A DNA stretch of 63,561 bases, filler included, from 6 parts of 6 records of this genome joined end to end with filler, not necessarily neighbours in it; one strand, 5' to 3'. Shown: positions 19,334-30,282, counted from the whole stretch's first letter. Translations and numbers: made by a program. The notes: a model not told the origin generated them from the sequence alone.

Positions 19334-20461
19334 TCACAGAGACCGGTCAAGCACAGTCATATGGTTGTCGAATGCCAATCCTGCAAACCGTTGTGTGTGA
19401 CCTTCCGAGACGTGGCTCGAAGGGCCGGCGATACGGGAAAGAAGTTTACCGAAACCGGTTGAGAACCGGAACCCGCCCGGATGCGGGCCCGCGGCAACAC
19501 CGGCGCTGTCGCGCACGCTGTTGAAGGACACCAGCGTGCCGTCCGGGATCGACCAGATGGCGATCTTGTCACCACGCGGGAAGGTGCTGGCTCCGAACTT
19601 TCCACTCGGATCGATGGCGACGTCGGCGCAATAGCCCTTCAGCCGGGGTGTCAGGGTTTCCGGGGCATCGAACAGGGTGCTTTTCCCGTCACGCCCGATC
19701 ATGCCGACAAGCGGCGGGGCATCGGAGGTGTCGCCCTGATACTGCATCCCGAACAGCACGGTGCCGTCCGGTCCGGTATCGAGATGTCGGATGCTGTTTT
19801 TGTGCAGCTCATGCGGAAGCTCGACCTTGCGGATGAAGCTGCCGTCGCGGGCATCGAGGAAAACCAGGCTTGGCTTCATGTCGGCGATGTTCAGCTTGGC
19901 CCGGCCACTGTCCGGATGGGTCAGGATGCCGCCATTGGCGATGGCCAGGGTCACGCCGTCCGGCATCAGACTGAGATCATGCGGGCCGATATCGTGGCTG
20001 TCCCATTCCCCGACCCGCTCGTAATGCTCCCCGATGGTCCAGACACCGATGGCGCCACGGGCATTGTCGTAATCGTTCTCCGTGGTGAAGAGCAGGCGGC
20101 CGTCCGGCGAGAACCCGGCATGGCCATAGAAATGCCGGCCCTCCGGGGCATTCACCAGATCCCGGAGCGTGCCGGTTTCCAGATCGGCAACCAGCATGAA
20201 GCGTCCGGGACGGCGTGCCATGTGGACCGCCGTCTTGCCGTCGGGTGAAATGGTCGTTGCGTGCCCGCGGCCGGGCAGGGGCAGCTCGAACGAGACTGCG
20301 CCGTTCTCGCTGAAACCGACGAGAACGAAGCTGCCATCGGGCTTCCGGGCACAGGATATCAGCAAGCGGTCATCGGCCTGCCCGGCGGTGAGCGGAGCGG
20401 AGACCAGAGCCGTGGCTCCGGTAGCGATGAGCCCGGCGATCAGGGTTCTGCGTGTGATCAT
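19334..20461 (-). CDS. DUF1513-family Tat-exported beta-propeller protein
   Basis: TRRTLI Tat signal, HFYGHA, TTEND, GPHD, ANGGILTHPDSGR, SIRHL, FDNH. Confidence 0.88.
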   Translation of the reverse strand: MITRRTLIAGLIATGATALVSAPLTAGQADDRLLISCARKPDGSFVLVGFSENGAVSFELPLPGRGHATTISPDGKTAVHMARRPGRFMLVADLETGTLRDLVNAPEGRHFYGHAGFSPDGRLLFTTENDYDNARGAIGVWTIGEHYERVGEWDSHDIGPHDLSLMPDGVTLAIANGGILTHPDSGRAKLNIADMKPSLVFLDARDGSFIRKVELPHELHKNSIRHLDTGPDGTVLFGMQYQGDTSDAPPLVGMIGRDGKSTLFDAPETLTPRLKGYCADVAIDPSGKFGASTFPRGDKIAIWSIPDGTLVSFNSVRDSAGVAAGPHPGGFRFSTGFGKLLSRIAGPSSHVSEGHTQRFAGLAFDNHMTVLDRSL

Positions 20462-20466
20462 GACAA

Positions 20467-21561
20467 TCAGTCTCCGTCCCTGCTGTTGAAACCCGGCGAG
20501 ATATCGAGGGCAACCGCCAGATCGGTGCCGATCAGACCGGCGAGCACTTTCAGATCCGCGCGGATGGCCAGCAAGGCTTCGCGCTTCTCCGGTGCGGTGA
20601 AGGCTTCGTAGAGGGAGCCTGCAAGTGCACGGGACTGGGTGACGGCTTGCTGAAACCCGGCGGTGATCTGGTCGGCCAGTATGTTCTCTCCGGCATTCCG
20701 CAGGGCCTGATCGAATCCGCCGCTGAGATACAGATCTTCGGTGCCTTTCAGGGACGCGACAAGAATGTCGCGGGACAGGCCACTGCGCCAGGCTTCGGCC
20801 AGTTTCGGGCGGGCCTTGTCCCGCTCGGAGCCAAGCGGCCGGCCGAGACGGACGTCGCGGCTCGCTTCCAGCTCGCCAAGCAGGCTCTGCAACAGCTCGA
20901 CGGTTACCTCATAAGTCTCCGAATAGGGACCTTCGCCGGTGCCCGCCATGGCGACCGCATGGGCGTAGCCGTCAGCCGGGTTCCAGTTGTCGACAATGCC
21001 TTTGGCGGCGATGGCGAGATTGCTGGCTATGGTCGTGGTCAGGGCGCATTTAAAGCTGCCCTTGGGGGCGGCATATCCCGCATCGCCGTCAACCAGAAGC
21101 CGCTCGAGAGCGGGGAGGCCCTGAACCGCGATACTGGTCTTGGCGAAAGTGGCATGCTCCAGCGCGGCACTGTCTTCCGCTGCGAGAACGCGGGACAGTT
21201 GCCTGCCGATCTTGTTCCGGGTGTCGGGCCAGAACTGGATGCGGAAACCCCGGTTCAGGAACTGCACCGGGCCGAACTGGATATGCCGGATGCCCGCCCA
21301 GGCCATCCAGTAATTCCGGAAGGCGGTGTCGAGGGCGGTGAAGTTCTGCGCCGTGCGGTCCTGACAATAAGCCGTGGCGGCGGTTTCAAGTCCGGTTCCG
21401 GCCGTGGCCAGATGTTCATAACGCGGGATGATGTGATCGTAGACACTTGCCTTCGTAATAGCTCTGAAAGTGTCGTCCGCATCTGATGCACGCGCCGGAC
21501 TGGCTGGCCCCGCGGCTGAAATTGCCAGGAAGGAGACCATCAGGATCAGAATGCGTGTCAT
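20467..21561 (-). CDS. Imelysin-like (peptidase M75 fold) iron-regulated protein
   Basis: Signal peptide, QFWPDTR, VQGLPALERLL, AEAWRSG, C-terminal GFNSRDGD. Confidence 0.9.
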   Translation of the reverse strand: MTRILILMVSFLAISAAGPASPARASDADDTFRAITKASVYDHIIPRYEHLATAGTGLETAATAYCQDRTAQNFTALDTAFRNYWMAWAGIRHIQFGPVQFLNRGFRIQFWPDTRNKIGRQLSRVLAAEDSAALEHATFAKTSIAVQGLPALERLLVDGDAGYAAPKGSFKCALTTTIASNLAIAAKGIVDNWNPADGYAHAVAMAGTGEGPYSETYEVTVELLQSLLGELEASRDVRLGRPLGSERDKARPKLAEAWRSGLSRDILVASLKGTEDLYLSGGFDQALRNAGENILADQITAGFQQAVTQSRALAGSLYEAFTAPEKREALLAIRADLKVLAGLIGTDLAVALDISPGFNSRDGD

Positions 21562-21570
21562 GGCGTTCGC

Positions 21571-21778
21571 CTATAGCGAGTTGAGAAAACGGAGAAGGTT
21601 CTCGCGGTCCCTGGTCGGGAGGGCGATCACCCGGTTCCGTGCGGTTGCTGCTTCGCCGCCGTGCCAGAGAATTGCTTCGAGCAGGTTCCGGGCGCGGCCG
21701 TCATGCAGAAAATGTGTGTGCCCGCTGACGGTCTTTGTCAGGCCGATACCCCAGAGCGGCGGCGTGCGCCATTCCCGG
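21571..21778 (-). CDS. Di-heme oxidoreductase family (DHOR) protein, 3' end only
   Basis: Manual translation REWRTPPLWGIGLTKTVSGHTHFLHDGRARNLLEAILWHGGEA...LLRFLNSL*; usual partner upstream of imelysin. Confidence 0.88.
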
Positions 21779-21878
21779 NNNNNNNNNNNNNNNNNNNNNN
21801 NNNNNNNNNNNNNNNNNNNNNNTTAATTAATTAANNNNNNNNNNNNNNNNNNNNNNNNNNNNNNNNNNNNNNNNNNNN
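21779..21878. other. Artificial contig linker
   Basis: N44-TTAATTAATTAA-N44 (stops in all frames); identical at five places. Confidence 0.99.
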
Positions 21879-22147
21879 GTCTCGCTGCTCCTGTTCGGTT
21901 GACACCAGAGTCATATGTTTCGTTGTGTCTGCACAATCTCGTCTACTGAAGTATTCATTTTTATCGGCGCCGGCGGGCTCCGGCTCAGTGAGACGGAGAG
22001 TCCGGCTGCGTCCCGATGCTGAGGGCACTCGGGACCGGCTGGCCGCTCAAATCGGACCTACGTCACCCCATTGACAAATGTCCATTATCAGTATTAATAT
22101 TGGCGATCGATGGACATCTGTCCACAACGGCTTAGGGTCAAAACTGG

Positions 22148-22290
22148 CGCGGCCCCGGGCCGGCACCGCCGTTCCCATACCGAGCGACTATGCCCGGCCC
22201 GGCGCCGGTCCCGGGCCCGGCCCGCGCCGGGGCCGCCGCGGCGCGGCCGCGCTCAGGGACGCCGCCGGAGCCGGAGGCCCGAGCCTGGGC
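22148..22290. other. Extreme-GC non-coding island (eukaryotic contig)
   Basis: Runs such as CCCGGCCCGGCGCCGGTCCCGGGCCCGGCCCGCGCCGGGGCCGCCGCGGCGCGGCCGCG; no credible ORF; upstream of the gene at 22653. Confidence 0.7.
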
Positions 22291-22511
22291 TGATCCGAGG
22301 CTGCTGCCGTGCGCCCACTGACACCGTCGGCCCGAGGCCCGAACGGTGCCGGTCGTAGGAGTCAGTGGCGGCCCTTGCCAACAGTCTCTGTGTCAACATC
22401 TGCCGGGAGGGCCAATGGCCCCCGCGGGGGGTGCGTCGCGTGGTCTTCAGTCAAGAGACATGGGGCACGCCTGAACCCGGCCGTGGCCCACACAGAGGCA
22501 TCGAGAGACTT

Positions 22512-22518
22512 TATAAAA
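22512..22518 (+). promoter_or_regulatory. Possible TATA box
   Basis: TATAAAA about 135 nt upstream of ATG 22653. Confidence 0.35.
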
Positions 22519-22652
22519 GCCAGGGGCAGGAGGCGGAAGGGGTAGCCTCGTCCACTGCATATACCCTCTCCACGGTAGCCTTGTAGTCATCAGAGTCCTG
22601 TCGGCAGGACTGGAAAGAACTGGATCGCAGCCCACTGTGTCGGGTTAGAGGA

Positions 22653-23931
22653 ATGGTATCTGTTCAATACGCGCCGCGCCTTGTTGTGGTTTTATTCTTT
22701 CTCATGGGTTACACGGTCGCGTTTTCCGAGGCCGGAGTCGACACAATGCCGAACACAACCCCGGTCACGCCACCCCATAGTGCCCCCTACCGGATTCTGT
22801 ACGTCGCAACGACGCTTTCCGAAGGAGATTGGCCAGGATTTATAGAAGCCAAGGACACTATGCTGCAGGTCAGTGTGCTGTGTATATAGTATGGAGCGGT
22901 CTATAGTTGTATAGATTTGTCTGTAGTTGTATAGATTTGTCTATAGTTGTATTGGTTTGTTTGTGGTGTCTAGCTAGAATGGCTTGCAAACCTGACCCTC
23001 CGGTTTGCAGAGTGTGCCCGGCGCGGACGTGTGGACCCTAGGGTTTAGTATGCAGCCAGAAGCGGGCGTGGTGGGGGCATGGGAGACCCAGGCTGGGTCC
23101 GACCCGTCCGGCCGGCGTGAGCTCAAGAAAGTATCAAATGTTGGTGCATTTGACCCCGATTTACTCCGTGAGTTTCTGTGGCGTCGGTACCTGCCGGGAC
23201 GAACCCACCTTGTCATTGGGACACATGGCCTTGGAGGCTTCTTTGAGTTTGGCCGCGCGACGGAGTATCCCGGTCAGACCGATGTTCAGTACCCCATCGA
23301 ACGGTTCGTATCCCTTCTAACCGGCATGGAGTTTTTGTCTGTGGTGCTGGATGCCTGCCTTATGGCGGAGCTGACGACCGCCGTCGCGCTGTCAAAGGTT
23401 ACAAAGCATATGGTCGCGTGCGAGGGATGGATGTGGGAGGAGGATACCAGCCTAGAGACGAGCGTCGTGAACTCAGTATCCGCCAGGTTGCTAAGCTTCC
23501 AAGGCAACATTCCCTCCGCTCTGAGTAACGTCGCCGAGCATTTCAGTCAAGTGTCGCGCCGCGGCGATGCTTCCGTCATTAGCACCGACCACGCCTCGGC
23601 ATTGCTGGATTCGATTCTGTCGTCACCGCGGCACCGCGGCACCATTGCACAGTGCGAGTCCGGCCTGCCCGAACGTCTGTGCCCACTGAGCTTCTATGAC
23701 GGAGTTGATGTCGAGGATTCAATGCGGCTCCTCGATGTTCGCGCGATGTTGGAAGGTGATCCGGTCCGCAATAGTCTCATGCGGCGTGTTGTCAGTGACC
23801 ACTACGGGCCGTCGGCAGGCCGCGATCAAACATCGTACACACGTGATCTTGGAGGAATGTCTTTGAACTTTGTGAGTGCGCTCAACGGCACCTCGGCGTC
23901 CTCGCCCGATGGCGATACGACCATTGTGTAG
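22653..23931 (+). CDS. Secreted clostripain-like cysteine peptidase (clan CD, C11-like), 2 exons: 22653-22868, 23011-23931 (about 378 aa)
   Basis: Phase-0 intron GTCAGT...CCTGACC...TTGCAG joins the ORFs in frame; hydrophobic signal; HLVIGTHGLGG (His) and VVLDACLMA (Cys) match clostripain HGGG/FDACLM. Confidence 0.78.
22901..22960. repeat. Intronic minisatellite, 20-nt unit x3
   Basis: ctatagttgtatagatttgt / ctgtagttgtatagatttgt / ctatagttgtattggtttgt. Confidence 0.9.
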
Positions 23932-24108
23932 TGGTGTCCACCAGGCAACTGGTGTCTCAGAGAGCGCAGGCCAGGAGTGGAAATGATTGGCAAAGACCAG
24001 CTTACCCCATCCGGGTGCGGCACTCTCAGGTACGCATTCAATCTCTCCCCTTCTTGGGGAAATGAAATGTCGTATATCGTGAATCCCACAGGTTGTTTTA
24101 TATTCTTG

Positions 24109-27100
24109 TTACTTGTCTCCATCTTCGTCGACAGCAAAGCCAAACTCACGCAATATCTCCGTCGCGCGGTCATCGGATGTCCAGTATTCGACCCCTCTGC
24201 CATGGGAGTCCACGGCAGCCAGGTCCGCGCCGGCCTCCAGTAGGGCACGAATGGAGCCTAGTTCAGTGTTTCTGACCGACAGCAGCAGGGCGGTCCATCC
24301 ATCCTCGCTGGCAATATTGACATCGGCGCCAGCCGAGATCAGGGCCCGAACAGCGTCCGTGTGCTGCCAGCATCCCATTAGGGGGGTCCATCCGGAGTCT
24401 GTCCTAGCATTGATATCGGCGCCCCACTCGACTAACGTGTTCAGTACATCCAACCCGTCTTGGTCGCTGTGCGTGATTCCCATCAGGGCGTTGTGGCCAT
24501 CCGCTGTGGTGGCGTTCACATCTGATCCGGCTTCGACCAGCATTCTCACCACTGAGGGCGCGGGGACTTGAGACGCAAGCATCAACGCCGTTCTACCGCG
24601 GATGTCAGTCATATTGATGTCGGCGCCCTTAGCCAGCAGCACCCGACACACTTCACAGTGACCACCCCTAGCAGCCGCGAGGAGCGGGGTCTCCCCGTCA
24701 GTAGCCGGATGGTCGATTGCGTCCTTAGCATTGGTGTTACCCAGCAGCCATTCCACGATGGGTACATGGCCGTGCCGGGCGGCAATATGAAGCGCAGTCG
24801 CTCCGTCGCAGTCGGCCCTGGTGCCGTCGACTCCACCGCCTTTCATGCTGTCAGCAGGCCCGACTCCAGCATCTGAGTACCAGTGAAGGAGGGTCCGCCC
24901 GGAGCTGTCAACCGCCTCAGCGTCCGCCTTGGCCTCCAGCAGAGCATTGACAACGTCCCAGTGACCCCGGCGCGCGGCCATCGCCAAGGCGCAATTACCG
25001 TCCATGTCTACGGCATCAGCGTCGGCCCCCGCACTGAGCAGAGTTGTTACAGCTGTCAACAGTCCATTTCTTGCCGCCGCCATCAACGCCGTCGTCCCAT
25101 CCTCATCAAAAGCATTCACGTCGGCACCCGAGCCAAGCTCCACGGTCCCGCCCGCCGTGGCGTTAATAAGCCTTAAGGCAGCCGAACCCTCCGCCGCAGC
25201 CCCACGCCGATAGACAAACGTGACCCGGAACCACTCCGAGAATGATTCTAGCGTAACTGGGCTCGGGGCATCCGCAAGGGGCTTGGTTGTGGCGCGTGTG
25301 TGACCCTTTCCTAGCCGGTCCAGGACGAGCAACACACCGCCGAGCTCCAGTGTGCCGGCGGTGCCGCTGTGCTGTGCAAAGGCCCGGCGCATCACGAAAT
25401 CTTGCATCGCGGTCTGCACGCGGCCCGCCCGTTGATCAAACAAGCATTTTGTCATCTCACTCAGCGACACTGCGGCATCGTAGAGCATCCCCCGACAGAC
25501 AATAGGGCGCGGCTGGCCCGAATAGACACCTGCAATCACCGCACCGCTCTTGTCTAGGGAGGTCGCTATCACACATCCATCATCGCCACCCGTCATCACA
25601 ACAACACCTCCCCCTTCATCGTGGGCCAACGCCACACCCCGAACAGGCCCCGAGCGAGCGGTAAGTCTAGCCAGGACCTCCAGTGATGAGACTTGCAACA
25701 CAACCGCAGTCCCATCCTCAGACGATGTCGCCACAAGGTCCCGCGACACCGCGAGGGCAGTCACCGGTGCCATGTGAATTCCCAGCGTGTGAGAGGGCTC
25801 GGAGTTAGGCGCGGCCTGAGAGCGGAGGTCCCATGACTTGACCTTGCCATCACGGCCCCCTGTCAACACTTTTTCTCCGCAGGAAGAGAAGGACACCGCA
25901 TTCACGGCCTCATCGCCGTGTTTAACCGTCAATTTTGGAGTCAGACCCGATCCGTCACAACAGTCCCACATCCGCCCGGCACCATCCGAGCAGCCCGCGA
26001 CTAAGGACGTGCCGTCGAGGTTGAATCGAAGAGACAGCACGCGAATGCCGGGCTCATACTCCGGCGATGCAGGGTCCCCAGCGACGGGAGTTGTGGAGAG
26101 GACGGATCCGTCCTCCGTGCCGGACAGAGTAATATCGGCCCCGGTACCAGCAGTAGCGAGAATACTCCCGTGAATATCAGATGCATACACCCAGTCGAAG
26201 CCCCTCGTTGGGACTCGGCGAAGTGCGGCGCCGGCGGCCCCGTGCCATAACGACGCGAGCGATTCTCCCTTGGTGAATGCAGACGTGGCGATGACACCAG
26301 GAGCCACCCCGCCGGGTGGGGTCCGGGCAATCGCCGATACGTCCTGGTGATCTATGCGGCGGAGAGGTGTTCCGGCAGCCACGTTCCACAAGATCGCGGA
26401 TGAGTCCTTGCCGGAACAGGTGACGGCAGTGCGTTCACCCGTCCGCAGCAAAACGGCCGTCACGGCCTGGGAATGGCCGCGATAGAGGGATGCGGGAGGG
26501 GGTGGGCGCGCCATTATCGCTTCGCCCCAGACATGGATAGTTCCCGCTGAGGTCACCGTGGTCCACCTCCCGTCCTTTCCGGCGGCCGCCCCGACGACAG
26601 GGCCCCTGTGGCCTGCAATAGTCCGGACTTCATCGCCAGTCCGCGCATCGAATACTCGCGCCAGCCGGTCCTCGCCACACACTGATAGCCACTGGCCATC
26701 GGGGCTGTACGATACATGGAGGGGCGGCGAGGATACCGAAGACCGGACGGTGCTCAGGGCCGTCCCCGCGGCAACATCCCAAACAATCGCCAGACCATCG
26801 GACCCGCACGAGGCCAACCGCTCTGCACCGGACGAGAACGCCAGCGAGACGATCTTGCACACTTGGCGGCGCCCCATGTTCTTCCCGTGGGCGAATATGT
26901 CCTTCAGGACCTCCCCGGACTCCGCATCTATAATTCGCACCGACTTGGCCCAGTCGCCGGTCGCAACGAGGGCCCTCCCATCGGCCGTGGTGCCGTGCGC
27001 AACGCTCTGAATCACTCCACCGCATGAGGCGAACGTTCGGACGAGGGCGGGTGGCTCGGTGGTCCAGAGGCGAGCCTGGAGGTCACCTCCTCCGCCCGTC

Positions 27101-30100
27101 ACCAGGAAGGACCCGTCTTGGCTCAGTGCAACCGCCTCCACTCCAGAGGTGTGGCCCTGAAGCCTGGTGGGAGACTCCCAGTCATCATCAGAACCAGCGC
27201 GGCGCCAAAGGCTCACATCTCGTCCTCCGTCATGGGCCGCCGACAGAACACACCCGCACTCGCTGATCGACACACACACCACCCGCCGCCCTTCCTCATT
27301 TTCTTTCAACAAACCTTCTATCCGCCACCCGCTCCCCAGGACCACCACCTCCCCATCATCACTGCCAAGCGCCGCGGCATCTCCTCCACCGTAGGCAAAG
27401 CAAGCCACAGTTCGCGAAACGTCCTCGCTAGGTTGCTCTCCGGCCTCCACATCGGCCATGTCCGCGCCCGTCAGGTCCGCTCCCGCCAGGAACGCGCCTC
27501 GAATATCTGCCCCGCGCAGGCACGCCCCCCGGAGCGAAGTCCGGTGCATTACAGCACCCGCCAGCGTCGCCCCACTCAAGTCGACACCGCTTAGATCCAG
27601 TCCTGAGAAACAGACCCGCGCGCCGGTCAAAATGGTTGCGGCATGTGCAGACGCCACGGCGTTGGATCGGTCGTCTCTGGACAGAAGTATAGTGCCATAC
27701 AGTGTCCGCGGGAGGCCCGGAGCCGCGGTCCACCCGGCCACGGCAGGCGGTGGGTCCGAATCCAGCATGCTCTTCTCCACAGCACTGGCAGCATATCGCA
27801 TCACATCGCCAGAGGCTATATTCGGGTTGCTGAGAGCGGCCGGGGCGGCCTCAAGCGGATCCGGGGCCAGTCTCAGCTCGCTGATAACAAACACTGAGGC
27901 AAGGTACTCCTGCCACGACAAGTGGACGAACCGCACCGCATCCTGATTCGGGATGTCCTCGATTAGCGGGAGCTGACCCGCCGTGACCATCTTTTCCACC
28001 CAATCCAGCCTACCCCCGGCCAGGTTGGTGATCCCGCGCGCCTGCAGAGCCCGTTGGATTGTATCCAGGCCTGGGGTGGTGCTGAGGACACGATGGTGCT
28101 TCAGGGCACGACGAGGAATATCCCGCGTTCCCAACAGGACTTGTGCCTCGAATGCCACAATGGATAGGTACAATGTGATTTCTCGCGTTGCCAACTCATC
28201 GTCCTGCACTACATCGAAAGCTTCCTTCTGCATGACGCGGCCGAGACTCAGCCGGAGGCTAGTCGCGTACAGGCCAGCAAGCGTGCCCGCCAGGGTGCCG
28301 GCGTTGGACTGATACACATGAACCAGCAATGTTGCCAGAAGCTAAGCGCGTTAAGGGGGACGAGAGTCAACCAGGGGGCAAATAATTCCGGGGGATGGGT
28401 AACTTACCGGTGACTGAGCCATGACACTGGCCGCCGGATCCGACCGCACGGCCTCGAGGAACGCGTCCCCCGCCGTTTTGCCCCCGAGTCGGGCGGCCGC
28501 AAAGGTGCGAATGTCTCCATCCTGAAACGACTTTGGTTGATATTCGTCCAGTTTCTTCAGCTCCCTCGGGAGCGGACCCGCGTAGGGGCCGGTAGGCCGC
28601 GTTGTGATCATGCCACTGGCGCGACCAGCCACTGCAGTCAGCATGGCGGATATGAATGACACTACGCCCTCCTGATGACTCCCCGGGACCTCGTCCAGTC
28701 CATCAAATATTATCACGGTGCGTAACGGCACTGCCAACGGTTCATCATTGATCACCGCATGGAGCAAGCCGCGCGCATCGCCGGGCCATCCGTGCATGTC
28801 CGCGACACTGCTGCACACGCTGGGGAGATCCCAGCCCTGCGCCGGTCCTCGGGCGTGCGAAGTGACGAGAGCCGCGAGGGGAATATGAACAGGAAAGATC
28901 AGCGGACGATCGGGCCCTGGTCGCGCGGGGTTGTTCATTGCTGCGGCCAGCAGGACCTGCCTAGCAATCACGGTCTTACCGCTCGCAGCCCCGCCTACCA
29001 ACCAGAGGAACCGCGATGTTTCAGAAGATTTCCCTGTGACAAGGGCGTGTATAGTATCGATGGCCGCGGGGTTGGCGCGATGGGTGGCCGAGTCGGGCAC
29101 AGGAACCGCTCCCAGCACGACGCAGTCATGGAGAATACTCAGCTTATCGCCGCTCACAGCGTCTGCCACAAGCTCCGTGGTCCTCCGTATCTCACAGGCC
29201 AACCGCCGAATTCCGGCCGTAATATCCCTCTCGTCCAATTTCACCGATGCGCCGATATCATGGCGGTTGGGCGGTGCGGTATCGATCGATCCCTCTCCCG
29301 GGTTTAGGTCCTTAAGCAGCTCTCCGAGGCACGCGAGCACTGCCGCGCCGGCACAGGCAAGCTCATTTCCTTTTTCGCTGTAACGGAAGGTCTTAAACCC
29401 AAGCATCTTCAACAAGAATGGCATGATAACCAGCCGGAATTGACCGGTCGCACCAAGCCGGCCTGGCTTCAGAGCGCACGCCCCTAGGTACATAACCATC
29501 AGGCGGCGGAGCACCGCGACGAATCGCATAGCCACTACCGCGCGCCGACTGCCGGCCCATAAATCTCTGTGGGGAGAATCTTCAGGGGGCAAGAGAGTGC
29601 TAGGGTTCAGTGGCCCATACAGATCCTTTGCAAGGGCCACAAACGCCTCCCGGTCGTTATCCGAGCATCGGTCTTGGTCCCACGAGTACTCAAATACCAC
29701 GCACTGCTCCACCTTGACTAGGTCCGCCAGGATGTGGCCGCTCCCCGTGTGAGCAAAATCAATAACCCAAAACCGCCCGGCCGAATCCACCAGAACGTTC
29801 CTTCCGTTCAAATCACCATGCACAACACCTACTGGGCTGGGGCTCTGCGCAATATCATCAGGGACCGAGGATAGATGGGGGATGCACTCCCGAACGGCCG
29901 TCTCCAAGGACATGGACTCTTCCAGCATGGCAATTGCGGCACGCTTGCCCAGTACCGCATCAGCCCCATCCTTGGCGGATAGAATACGCTTCTCGATGGC
30001 TTTGATGACTGCCTGGACTAAGTCCCCCACCGTGGAGCCACCCCCCGTGCCAAGAGGGGCGGTGCCCACCGGCACCGTGACCGGAAGCATCACCACTTGA

Positions 30101-30282
30101 AACAGCCTTTGCACAGCAGCGACCCCCGTATATCCACTCACGGAGCCCTCACCTCCTTGGTCCCCGCCAAGGGCCGCCGCGACGTCATTCTTGATCAGAT
30201 CCCGCAAGGTTTCGATGTCATAGTTGCGGCTGAACTGCACCATGCGATTCGAGGCACCGCACAGCTCAATGCTCTGCGGCAT
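24109..30282 (-). CDS. NLR/STAND-like protein: APH/kinase-like + NACHT + pentapeptide repeats + WD40 + ankyrin; exons 30282-28408 and 28341-24109 (>=2035 aa, 5' end possibly missing)
   Basis: 66-nt intron GTAAGT...CTTAAC...TAG restores AQSP|LLATLL. HGDLNGRNVLV..WVIDFA kinase-like motifs; Walker A GGAASGKT; Walker B IIFDGLDEV; TTRP; FVHLSWQEYLAS; A(D/T)LxG pentapeptides; GH..WD-type repeats; G.T(P/A)L..AA ankyrin repeats. Confidence 0.88.

Noticed and set aside
21779-21878. TTAATTAATTAA flanked by N runs, recurring five times
   Set aside because: Synthetic contig spacer, not a biological repeat. Gene neighbourhoods across linkers are meaningless, so no bacterial-eukaryote HGT junction can be claimed.
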